Of a stretch of DNA of 64,000 bases, positions 43,253 to 51,722 are shown piece by piece (positions within the stretch are counted from its first letter, which is position 1; the number at the start of each line of letters is the position of its first letter). The translations under genes were made by a program, and so were the position numbers. Below the pieces are notes generated by a model. The model did not search any database and was not told the DNA's origin. It saw nothing but the letters and a program-made list of their open reading frames with translations. The stretch spans positions 28,555-92,554 of the forward strand of contig WAQK01000094.1 of assembly GCA_015520265.1 (NCBI GenBank), read 5' to 3'. Source of the stretch: Pyrodictiaceae archaeon. Its GTDB lineage: Archaea > Thermoproteota > Thermoprotei_A > Sulfolobales > WAQK01.

Positions 43253-44182
43253 GTGATGGAGGAGTACGACTACTGCATAGTAGGCATGGGGGCCATAGGC
43301 GGCCTCTTCGCCCACTTCCTCTCCCACCGGAGGGTGCTGGGCATAACGCGTAGAAGGAGCCACGCCGAGGCCCTTAGGGGAGGCCTGGTCGTAGAGACTC
43401 CCGGAGGGGAACGTGTTCTCAGGATACCGGTGAAATGGTGGGGCGAGGGCGTCGAGGAGGGGTGCCGCACAGTCATAGTGGCGGTCAAGTCTTACGACGC
43501 GGCGGAGGCGGTGCGGCAGGCGGCGAGGCTGGAGCCGCGGCTCATGGTGGTTGCACAAAATGGGTTCGGGGGTCTCGAGGAGGCGGAAAGGCTCCTGGGC
43601 AGTGGGAGGGCTGCAGCAGCCGTGATAACCTACGGGGTCACCAGGATATCCGACTCGAGGATCAGGGTGGCCGGGATTGGAGAGATCCTGTTGGGCCATA
43701 GGGGGAAGCCACACCCGCTGACCAGGCTCCTGGTCGAAGACCTCGTAAAGGGGGGTTGCAGCGCCAGGCTGGTCGGGGACGTTGAACCGTACAGATGGCT
43801 CAAAGCCATAGCGAACGCCGCCATAAACCCGGTGTCGGCGATCCTCGGTGTTCATAACGGGTTCCTTATAGAGTCGCCGGAAGCTCAACGCCTATTGGAT
43901 CTTGTGGTGGGCGAGGCAACTAGAGTGGCCGAGGCGCTGGGCGTGGCCCTGCCCGAGGATCCTCTGGCCTACACGCTGGATGTTGTAAGGAAAACCTACT
44001 CCAACTATTCCTCCATGCTCCAGGACCTGGAGCGTAGGGGGAGGACGGAGATAAACGAGATCACAGGCTACATAGTGGAGGCAGGCCGCAGACTCGGCGT
44101 CCCGACACCTATTAATGAGGCCCTGCTACTACTCGTAAGGGGAGCTGAGCGTTGGAGAAGGTTACGGCGCGGAAGCTCATGA
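43253..44182 (+). CDS. panE: 2-dehydropantoate 2-reductase (ketopantoate reductase)
   Basis: N-terminal Rossmann motif YCIVGMGAIGGLFA and a PanE/ApbA-like C-terminal domain (SSMLQDLERRGRTEINEITGYIV). It overlaps panB. Confidence 0.8.
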   Translation: MMEEYDYCIVGMGAIGGLFAHFLSHRRVLGITRRRSHAEALRGGLVVETPGGERVLRIPVKWWGEGVEEGCRTVIVAVKSYDAAEAVRQAARLEPRLMVVAQNGFGGLEEAERLLGSGRAAAAVITYGVTRISDSRIRVAGIGEILLGHRGKPHPLTRLLVEDLVKGGCSARLVGDVEPYRWLKAIANAAINPVSAILGVHNGFLIESPEAQRLLDLVVGEATRVAEALGVALPEDPLAYTLDVVRKTYSNYSSMLQDLERRGRTEINEITGYIVEAGRRLGVPTPINEALLLLVRGAERWRRLRRGSS

Positions 44183-44955
44183 AGATGAAGGGTAGGCAGA
44201 AAATAGCCATGGTCACGGCGTACGACTACTTCTCCGCCCGCATAGTAGACGAGGCGGGGGTCGACGCAATCCTGGTTGGGGACTCGCTGGGCATGGTGGT
44301 TCTAGGCCTGCCCAACACGTTGAGCGTAACAATGGAGGACATGGTTAGACACACGGAGGCTGTGGCCAGGGCCAGACCCAGAGCCCTGGTCGTCGGCGAC
44401 ATGCCCTTCCTAAGCTACGAGGTGGATGTTCGTGAGGCGGTGGTCAACGCAGGCAGGCTGGCGGCGGCCGGTGCCGACGCGGTCAAGCTGGAGGGGGGTG
44501 AGGAGTTCGCCGACAGGGTCAGAGCCATAGTTAGGGCAGGGATCCCTGTGATGGGCCACATCGGCCTTACCCCCCAGCGGTACCTGAGGCTAGGGGGCTA
44601 CAGGCTGGTGGGGAAGAAGCCGGGCGAGGCCGAGGAGCTGCTGAGGGACGCCGAGGCCCTCCAGGAGGCCGGGGTCTTCGCCATAGTTATAGAGCACACG
44701 GTACCGGAGGTGGCCGAGATGGTGACGAGGAGGATCGAGGTGCCCACCATCTGCATAGGCGCCGGACCCGGCTGCGACGGCCAGGTCCTAGTGTTCCACG
44801 ACCTCCTGGGCCTCAACCCTGAGCCGCCCTATTTCGCCAAGAAGTACGCCGACCTCGCAGGAGTCATAAGGGAGGCTGTGGCGAGGTACGTGGAGGAGGT
44901 TAGGAGCGGCGCCTTCCCAGGCGAGGAGTACTCCCCGCCGCCCAAGAAGAAGTAG
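44152..44955 (+). CDS. panB: 3-methyl-2-oxobutanoate hydroxymethyltransferase
   Basis: KIAMVTAYDYFSARIVDEAGVDAILVGDSLGMVVLG and VKLEGG motifs. TTG 44152 is preferred; ATG 44179 forms an ATGA overlap with the panE stop. Confidence 0.9.
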   Translation: MEKVTARKLMKMKGRQKIAMVTAYDYFSARIVDEAGVDAILVGDSLGMVVLGLPNTLSVTMEDMVRHTEAVARARPRALVVGDMPFLSYEVDVREAVVNAGRLAAAGADAVKLEGGEEFADRVRAIVRAGIPVMGHIGLTPQRYLRLGGYRLVGKKPGEAEELLRDAEALQEAGVFAIVIEHTVPEVAEMVTRRIEVPTICIGAGPGCDGQVLVFHDLLGLNPEPPYFAKKYADLAGVIREAVARYVEEVRSGAFPGEEYSPPPKKK

Positions 44956-44957
44956 CG

Positions 44958-45698
44958 CTACCCTTTGAACCCTGCCACCACGTGGCGGGGCGGTGGCGGC
45001 AGCACCCTGACCCCAGTGTATCCGTTCTTCTCCAGCACGTACCTGATCAGCCACGGTCCCCACACGTAGATCTCGTCCCGCGCCATGTCCCTGCTGGCCA
45101 GGTCGACGTAGAACTTCCTCAGCGACCCCTTCTCCGGGTCGAACCCCGCGTGGTACTCTACCACCGGCGGGTCCTCCAGGGCCAGCGCGGAGCTCCTTAG
45201 CCTGGGCAACACCTCGAAAATCGTGTCCCTCTGCTCCACGATTAGGGGCGCACCCCTCTTGAGGAGGTTCAGGGTCCCGGAGGCAACCCTGTCGAAGCTC
45301 CAGACACTGAGATGTGCCAGGCTACTGCCCCAGAGCAGCGCAACGTCGTAATCCCCATCCACCAGCTCCTCGACATTCTCCACGTCCCCCACGACAGCCT
45401 CCACCTTAAGACCCTTTTCCCCTGCATAGGCGAGCCCCGCCTCCAGCAGCCACTGCTGCTTATCGACACAGGTAGCCGTGCAGCCGTACTCCTCGGCCAA
45501 AGCTATGCCGTCGATGCATGAGCCTGAGCACAGGGAGAGCACCCTGCAGCCGCGGCCCAGGTCCACGCCGAGCGCGTCTAGCACCTCTCTGAGCCTCTTC
45601 TTAACAGCTTCGAGCCTGGCCCTACCCTCAGGTGTCGTCACGTTGAACGCGGGGGTCCTGGTGTAGTAGAACTCCAGGGGGTCTACCAGCCTCCCCAA
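44958..45698 (-). CDS. Class I SAM-dependent methyltransferase
   Basis: Motif I-like RVLSLCSGSCIDGIALA and the downstream acidic CVDKQ. 246 aa. Confidence 0.7.
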   Translation of the reverse strand: MGRLVDPLEFYYTRTPAFNVTTPEGRARLEAVKKRLREVLDALGVDLGRGCRVLSLCSGSCIDGIALAEEYGCTATCVDKQQWLLEAGLAYAGEKGLKVEAVVGDVENVEELVDGDYDVALLWGSSLAHLSVWSFDRVASGTLNLLKRGAPLIVEQRDTIFEVLPRLRSSALALEDPPVVEYHAGFDPEKGSLRKFYVDLASRDMARDEIYVWGPWLIRYVLEKNGYTGVRVLPPPPRHVVAGFKG

Positions 45699-45736
45699 GG
45701 CGTCTGCACCGGCGGTACCTGTGTTTCCGAGGTATA

Positions 45737-46516
45737 ATGGTTAACGCTTTAGTACAAGAGCCGCCCCTATACTATGTGGTGCCTGTCCGGATGGAGAAGC
45801 TTATCCTGATCAGGATCAAGAGTGGCACGGTCAACGGGCTTCTGGGCAAGTACTATGTCTGGCAGGGCGAGGCGCCGCCCGAGGACTTCTCCACGCTGGA
45901 GCTCATCACTAGCCGGGTAGACCCTCAGATTAACTTCACCTGGTGGGACTCCCCCGCGCCAGGCGTGCCAGCCGGCTACTTCGCCATAGAGTGGACGGGC
46001 CTCCTCCGCGTAGACGTGAGCGGCATGTACAGGATATATGTCGTCACAGACGATGGCAGCAGGGTGTGGCTCGACGACGAGCTAATCATCGATGCATGGT
46101 TCGACCAGTCCCCCACAGCCCATCACAGCAAGCCCCTAGAACTGGACACGGGTTTCTATAGGATCAGGTACAGGTTCTACAACCGGCACCCCTTCGCAGT
46201 AGCCAGGCTGGGCTGGCTGAAGCCGGACCATACGGACGAGATCATATCCTCCGACAACCTGGTCGTTAAGGGAGGAGACAACGTGGTGGTAAGGGGGCTA
46301 CCCGACGGCTACCGGGTCGAATTCTGGAGCGGCGGCAAGATAGCTGAGGGCAAGGTGAAGGGAGGCAGGGCCGTCCTCGACTTCTCCGCCCAGCCAAAGC
46401 CATTGGACGGCTACTTCAAGGTGCTGGACGGTGAAGGGCGCCTAGTAACCGAGACTCCTGTGGTTAGGAACGTGTGGGGTGGCGACGAGTTCGAGGTGGC
46501 CCGGGGAGGCGAGTAG
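45737..46516 (+). CDS. PA14-domain protein
   Basis: GLLGKYYVWQGEAPP...INFTW...FAIEWTGLLRVDVSGMYRIYVVTDDGSRVWLDDELIIDAW matches the PA14 pattern (GL.g.YY....F........d..Inf.W......fs.rwtG.l....G.Y.f....DDg.rlwvdg.lvid.W). Confidence 0.65.
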   Translation: MVNALVQEPPLYYVVPVRMEKLILIRIKSGTVNGLLGKYYVWQGEAPPEDFSTLELITSRVDPQINFTWWDSPAPGVPAGYFAIEWTGLLRVDVSGMYRIYVVTDDGSRVWLDDELIIDAWFDQSPTAHHSKPLELDTGFYRIRYRFYNRHPFAVARLGWLKPDHTDEIISSDNLVVKGGDNVVVRGLPDGYRVEFWSGGKIAEGKVKGGRAVLDFSAQPKPLDGYFKVLDGEGRLVTETPVVRNVWGGDEFEVARGGE

Positions 46517-46544
46517 CCCCGGCGAGCTAGGACGCCAGCATAAT

Positions 46545-47153
46545 CTAGTAGAGCTTGACCTTGCCCAGCTCGGCCCTTTTCTCCTCTACCATAATTACCG
46601 CGTAATAGCCCTTGGAGAAGGGGCCGGGGTTGACCACCAGAGTCGAGCCCAGCGTATCCACGCCTCTGGACTCGTGGATGTGGCCGCAGAGGTGGATCCG
46701 GGGTCCGTACTTCTCGATTAGAGCTCTGATCTCCTTGAGCCCGGCGTGAAGAAAGCGTAGAGCCACGTCTACCCTAGTCTTGTGGGGTGGATGGTGGGAG
46801 ACTAGAATGGTCTTGGCGGGATCACTGGTTTTAAGGAGCTCCTCAGCCTTACCTATGAACGACTTGACGCTGCGCCCGCCTATACCGACAAACCTATAGC
46901 CTCCATGTTCCCGGGCCTCACCCTCTATGCTGACGCCCTTCTCCTTAAGGAGCCTCATGATGTATGTGTCGTCCATGTTGCCAGCCACCGCCAGGGCGGG
47001 CACAGGGAGTTCGGCCAAGCCGTGGATCACTTCGTCGCACTCGAAGTCCCCGGTAATTACGACTAGGTCGGCGCTGTGCTCCTGGATCAATTGTGGGAGC
47101 CTCTGGATGGACGAGTACGAGCAGTGGATGTCGGATATATGGAGTATCCTCAT
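46545..47153 (-). CDS. Metallophosphoesterase (YfcE/MJ0936-like)
   Basis: Motifs ISDIH, ITGDF, AGNMDD, SHHPP and GHIHESRG. Confidence 0.8.
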   Translation of the reverse strand: MRILHISDIHCSYSSIQRLPQLIQEHSADLVVITGDFECDEVIHGLAELPVPALAVAGNMDDTYIMRLLKEKGVSIEGEAREHGGYRFVGIGGRSVKSFIGKAEELLKTSDPAKTILVSHHPPHKTRVDVALRFLHAGLKEIRALIEKYGPRIHLCGHIHESRGVDTLGSTLVVNPGPFSKGYYAVIMVEEKRAELGKVKLY

Positions 47154-47178
47154 ATACTGGCCCCCTCATATCATAGCG

Positions 47179-47610
47179 ATGGCCAGGCTATATAGTGTTT
47201 GCAGGTGGCCTGTATTGGCGAGGCTTAGAGGCAGGGTATTCACGGGCCTCGGTGAGGGCGAGTTCTACGTCAACCTCTACGCAAGGCAGTTCGAGAAGGC
47301 TTTGGGCTACAAGCCTTTCCCGGGCACCCTCAACATACGCCTCGTCCCTGAAAGCGTGGAGGAGTGGAGGAGGATTCTAGCCAGCCACAACTGCGTCATC
47401 GTGGATCCGCCTAGCATCCCCGGCGCCAGGCTGGCCAGGGTGAAGTGCTACGAGGCCGTGCTCAGAGGGATTAGGGTCCACGTGGTGGTTCCCGACATTT
47501 CGGCCTACGATGAAAGCGTGGTGGAGATCATCGCGCCTGAAAACCTTAGGGAGAAGCTGTCCCTTAAGGACGGGGACCTGGTGGAGATCCTGGTACCTAA
47601 CCATTATTAG
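47179..47610 (+). CDS. ribK: CTP-dependent riboflavin kinase (archaeal RibK type)
   Basis: GRVFTGLGEGEFYV...LGYKPFPGTLNIRL matches the MJ0056-type riboflavin kinase. I use ATG 47179 because the upstream part of the ORF is antisense to the neighbouring gene. Confidence 0.75.
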   Translation: MARLYSVCRWPVLARLRGRVFTGLGEGEFYVNLYARQFEKALGYKPFPGTLNIRLVPESVEEWRRILASHNCVIVDPPSIPGARLARVKCYEAVLRGIRVHVVVPDISAYDESVVEIIAPENLREKLSLKDGDLVEILVPNHY

Positions 47611-47647
47611 CCGCGTCTAGGCCAATGATCAACCCGGAGGCCACGTC

Positions 47648-48583
47648 TTGTCGTGCAGCTCCCCCTACCCTAGGCGAAGGTTGAGCCTGGCAGCCTCCCT
47701 TCTCGCCGCTGGAGCGGCCATCGAGCCCCTGGCCTACCCTAAGCCGGGGAACACTCATCGGTTCAGGGAGGCCCCCGACAGGAGGCTCGAACACTTTGCT
47801 GTCTCCTCTATCGTGCTCTCCCACGTCCTAGCATCCGTGGCTGAGGAGTGGTGCGGGGGTGTGGGTAGGCTTGGGTATCACATCTACAGGGCTGTGAGGC
47901 TCGCCAGGACCGTTCATGGCGGGGGAAACACTTGTCTCGGCACAGCAACGCTCCTAGTGCCGCTGGCCTCCGCCCTCCACCTGGGGTGGGGCAGTGTGGA
48001 CGAGTTGCCGCGCTTAGCCTCCGGCATCGTGGCCCGTAGCAGTGTAGAGGATGCGGCCTGGTTCTATAGGGCGCTCCTGGCCGCTGGCCCCTCATACCTG
48101 GGCCGCCTCGACTCGGAGATCCCCGATGCTACTGCCAGAGGGTGGGAGAGGTTGCTGGCCGAGCGAGGCATCACGTTGTACAGCCTGCTGGTGAAGGCGG
48201 CTGAGTGGGACCCTGTGTCACGCGAGGTGGTTTCGGGGTATCCCGAGACCGTCTGGGTCTACAGAAGGCTGAGGGACGTGTGGGGCGAGGCGTGGTGGAA
48301 CAACGCTGTAGTGGAGGTGTTCCTGGATCTCCTTTCGGCGAGGCCTGACGGCCTGATATATAGGAAGTGGGGTGGAAGGGCTGCTAGAAGGGTGGTGGAG
48401 ATGGCGAGGACCGCTAGGAGGCTTGGTGCGCCGTGGACGGAGAGGGGGATGGCTTTCCTGGAGGAAATGGACAGGGCTATGTGGAGTAGAGGCTGGAACC
48501 CAGGCTCAACGGCCGACATACTGGCGGCAGGGATCTCGCTTGTCCTTCTCGACAGGTGTGCGGCAGAAGGGATGTGTCGTTAG
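47648..48583 (+). CDS. Triphosphoribosyl-dephospho-CoA synthase (CitG/MdcB)-family protein
   Basis: The IEPLAYPKPGNTHRF signature region and a helical body of about 300 aa. Confidence 0.65.
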   Translation: MSCSSPYPRRRLSLAASLLAAGAAIEPLAYPKPGNTHRFREAPDRRLEHFAVSSIVLSHVLASVAEEWCGGVGRLGYHIYRAVRLARTVHGGGNTCLGTATLLVPLASALHLGWGSVDELPRLASGIVARSSVEDAAWFYRALLAAGPSYLGRLDSEIPDATARGWERLLAERGITLYSLLVKAAEWDPVSREVVSGYPETVWVYRRLRDVWGEAWWNNAVVEVFLDLLSARPDGLIYRKWGGRAARRVVEMARTARRLGAPWTERGMAFLEEMDRAMWSRGWNPGSTADILAAGISLVLLDRCAAEGMCR

Positions 48584-48951
48584 AGTTCTTCCAGCCTCCT
48601 ATCCACCTCACGGAGCAGGAGAACTACTCTGGGAGGGGGCTCGAAGCCCTGCTCAACGTAGTAGCTGAGGATCCCGACCATCCTGAGAAGCTTGTGGAGG
48701 AGATCCTCGAAAATAGTGTAAAGGGCCTCGACGTAGCTGTACTTGTCGAACTCCTCCAGGAGCCTGGCCAGCCTATCGGCGGGCGGCTTCGATTTGCCGT
48801 GGACGTATTTAGACACCATGGACGGCGTCACACCCATGATCTCGGCGACCCGGGGCCTTCCCATGCTGGAGACCGCTATTCCCACAATTGTGGATGTAGC
48901 GTCCCTGCTGAGGGCTCCCAGCAGCTCCTTGTCGGGGCCGGTGCTCGTCAC
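48580..48951 (-). CDS. HTH (XRE-like) DNA-binding protein
   Basis: RPRVAEIMGVTPSMVSKYVHGKSKP helix-turn-helix. The GTG start overlaps the USP stop (GTGA). Confidence 0.6.
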   Translation of the reverse strand: MTSTGPDKELLGALSRDATSTIVGIAVSSMGRPRVAEIMGVTPSMVSKYVHGKSKPPADRLARLLEEFDKYSYVEALYTIFEDLLHKLLRMVGILSYYVEQGFEPPPRVVLLLREVDRRLEEL

Positions 48952-49385
48952 CGAACCACCACTATGGTTATTGGGGTGTTAGCCACCACGGCGAGGGCCG
49001 TGCTCCCGATGTGGATATCCTCGCTGAGCGTAGTCCCCCTGGCGCCCAGGAAGACGGCGTCATAGCCTCCTTGGAGTATCTCGGCGATGATTTCTCCGGC
49101 GACGCTTCCCTCGGCGGGGTCATAGGTCCTGTACTTGTACTGAATGGGGGTCGTGTACCGTTCAGCACGCTTCCTAGCCTTCTCCAAGACTTTTTCCGCC
49201 TCCTCCTCGCTGGTGGAGACGTGGAGCACAGTGACCTTGGAGCCGTACCGTTGGGCGAAGTCGAGGGCCAGGTCCAGGGCTGTGAGGCTGGGCTCGGAGC
49301 CGTCGACGGGTACCAGGATCCTCCTGAACCTGTAGCTTATCCTGTAGGTGGGCTCCACGTAGTAGTCGCTCGTCAATTTAGCCAC
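48948..49385 (-). CDS. Universal stress protein (UspA family)
   Basis: FRRILVPVDGSEPSLTALDLALDFAQRYGSKVTVLHV ... LGARGTTLSEDIHIGSTALAVV. Confidence 0.8.
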   Translation of the reverse strand: MAKLTSDYYVEPTYRISYRFRRILVPVDGSEPSLTALDLALDFAQRYGSKVTVLHVSTSEEEAEKVLEKARKRAERYTTPIQYKYRTYDPAEGSVAGEIIAEILQGGYDAVFLGARGTTLSEDIHIGSTALAVVANTPITIVVVR

Positions 49386-50404
49386 CCCCTCTTAAGCCCG
49401 AGGGTTTTATCGGTCTTCTCAATAGTTTTGGAGGGGTCGGATTCAAGTTTTGCTACTGCCCTTATCGCATCGATGTTCTCGGGGACAACTATCGACTCCT
49501 GATGCACGGCCTGGAAGAGCATCAGCTCGTTGCCCGACACGGTTACCGAGTCCTCCCACACCACCAGTTCCGGCAGATCGTATCTGGGCCTCCCCAGATC
49601 CCTGGCGTACTCTACGAGTTCCGCAGTGCTCTGTATGCCAGCCTTGGAGGAGCTGGCGAGCACTATGCGTGGAGCCTCCTCCAGGACGCTGAGGATCTGC
49701 TCCTTAGAGGCTGGCTTAGAAAGCCTTATGTTCAGGAAGTGGACGTGCATAAGCGTTGTGGGCACGGCGACGGCGGCTGTCATTATGTCGAGCCACGGAA
49801 GCACCGTCTTCACGTCTTCGCCGTGGTGGCTCGGCAGTTTGGGCGGGTTCAGGACGATGGAGTTTATGGGGCCCCTTTTGTTCTCCTTCGGATCGGCGCC
49901 TCTCCTCACTATTATCGCCCTAACCGCTTTGACGCCGAGGGCCCTGTGGAGGCTGCAGATGATCCTCAGGAGCCCCGTCGTGTTGCACGACACCACCCTC
50001 AGGCTCCGGCGGCCCAGGGCATCCTCGTAGTTGCACATCGTGTTGAAGGAGAGTTCGGCCACATGCGCCTTCTCTCCTCCCTGGAACACCTGTTTAACGC
50101 CGTGTCTCTCGTAGAGGGGCTTATATTTGGCGCCTATGCCGCCGGGCGTCGCGTCGACCACCACCTCTGCCTGCCCAAGCATGTCCTCCAGGGTTCCCGC
50201 CACCTTTATGCCTGCAGCCTCGAAGGCCTCCACCCTGTCCTCAGGCACGTAGAGGGGGTACCCCTTCCTGACGGCCAGTAGCGCCTCGTGGTTGGGCCTC
50301 GTCTTAGAGACGCCTACAAGCTCCATGTCGTCCTGGAGGGCGACAGCGTCGGCCACCCTCTTGCCTATTGTTCCGAAGCCGTTTATGGCTACGCGCACCC
50401 TCAC
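49373..50404 (-). CDS. gap: Glyceraldehyde-3-phosphate dehydrogenase, archaeal type II
   Basis: [17 protein letters not shown] and the catalytic VVSCNTTGL. The GTG start overlaps the pgk stop (GTGA). Confidence 0.9.
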   Translation of the reverse strand: MRVRVAINGFGTIGKRVADAVALQDDMELVGVSKTRPNHEALLAVRKGYPLYVPEDRVEAFEAAGIKVAGTLEDMLGQAEVVVDATPGGIGAKYKPLYERHGVKQVFQGGEKAHVAELSFNTMCNYEDALGRRSLRVVSCNTTGLLRIICSLHRALGVKAVRAIIVRRGADPKENKRGPINSIVLNPPKLPSHHGEDVKTVLPWLDIMTAAVAVPTTLMHVHFLNIRLSKPASKEQILSVLEEAPRIVLASSSKAGIQSTAELVEYARDLGRPRYDLPELVVWEDSVTVSGNELMLFQAVHQESIVVPENIDAIRAVAKLESDPSKTIEKTDKTLGLKRGWLN

Positions 50405-51648
50405 TTGGCACCACCCTTCCTGAGGAACTTCCTGGCGGAGATCTTGAGGGCCTCTATGGCTGGGAGAGGCTCGCCAGCCAGGAAGAGGAGCAGGGCGCCC
50501 CCGCCGGTGCTGAGGTGTCCCGCGCTGTCAAGGCCTCCCAGCTCCCGTATTATGGCTGTCAAGTGGCCTCCGCCGAATATTGTGAAGGCGCTGGACTCGA
50601 GTGCAGCCTTTACCAGGCTTCTGGTCCCCTCCCTGAATCTCGGGTCCTCCATCACGCCTGCAGGGCCCCTCATCACGATTATATTGGCCTCCCTCATCAT
50701 CTCGCGGTAGATCTTCACAGTGTTGGGGCCAACGTCGCGGATCAGGCCGTCCACCTGGTAGACAGGCTGATCCTCTATGCTCCCGTCCTTCCTGATTACC
50801 CTGAAGTCGACGGGGGTCTCTATGGGGGCGCCCTGGAGGAGGAGCCTGCGGGCCCTAGGGATGAGTGCGAGCACGCCCTTTCTCTCTAGGAGCTCCATGT
50901 TGCCCCTCCCCAGGTCCACGCCCTTGGCTAAGAGGAACAGCTCGGCCACGAGGCCTGTGGTGAGGATCCGCTCGGCAACCCGTTTCTTAACTATGTACTC
51001 TATGATCCTGATGGTGTCGTGAACCTTTCCTCCCCCCAAGACAAACACCTTTGGTGTCTCCTCGGGGTTAAAGGCTCTGGATAGCGCCCTTACCTCCTTC
51101 TCCATAAGCCTCCCGGCAGCCGATGGGAGAACCATAGGGAACCCGACGAGGCTGGGCTGGCTCCTATGAGCCGTGGCGAAGGCATCGTTCACGTATGCGT
51201 CGAATAGGGGTGCTAGCTTCCTAACCAGGAATGTGTTGGCGTGCCTCTCGGGGAGGGCCTCCACCGTCTCTTCGGAAACGATTCTGATGTTCTCGAGGAG
51301 GAGTATCTCGCCGGGCTCCAGCTTCTTGATCTCCTCTCTGGCGGCGGGGCCTATCACGTCATCTATGAACTTTACGGGCAGGCCGAGGTGCTTTTCCAGG
51401 AGCCTGGCGTGCCCCTCCAGGCTGACGAAGTCGTCGGTCACAGGTCTGCCTTGGTGCGACATGGCGACGATCCTGCACCCTCTCTCTGAGAGCTCTCGGA
51501 GCGTTGGGGTGTGGGCCCTTATTCTGGAGTCGTCCAGGATCCTGCCAGTCTCCGGGTCAATGGGGCTATTAATGTCGAGGCGGACGAGAACCCGTTTCCC
51601 GTCGATGTTTAGATCGTCAATAAGGGGGATCTCGTCGATCTGGTTCAT
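50401..51648 (-). CDS. pgk: Phosphoglycerate kinase
   Basis: [18 protein letters not shown] and GGGKVHDTI motifs; the C-terminus also carries a Gly-rich STGGGA stretch. 415 aa. Confidence 0.9.
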   Translation of the reverse strand: MNQIDEIPLIDDLNIDGKRVLVRLDINSPIDPETGRILDDSRIRAHTPTLRELSERGCRIVAMSHQGRPVTDDFVSLEGHARLLEKHLGLPVKFIDDVIGPAAREEIKKLEPGEILLLENIRIVSEETVEALPERHANTFLVRKLAPLFDAYVNDAFATAHRSQPSLVGFPMVLPSAAGRLMEKEVRALSRAFNPEETPKVFVLGGGKVHDTIRIIEYIVKKRVAERILTTGLVAELFLLAKGVDLGRGNMELLERKGVLALIPRARRLLLQGAPIETPVDFRVIRKDGSIEDQPVYQVDGLIRDVGPNTVKIYREMMREANIIVMRGPAGVMEDPRFREGTRSLVKAALESSAFTIFGGGHLTAIIRELGGLDSAGHLSTGGGALLLFLAGEPLPAIEALKISARKFLRKGGAK

Positions 51649-51722
51649 CTAGCGAGTCCCGGTTCTGGAATTGGTCATTATTAGGCTAAAAGTGTTTATA
51701 TTTACATGTTTTTTCAAACAAA

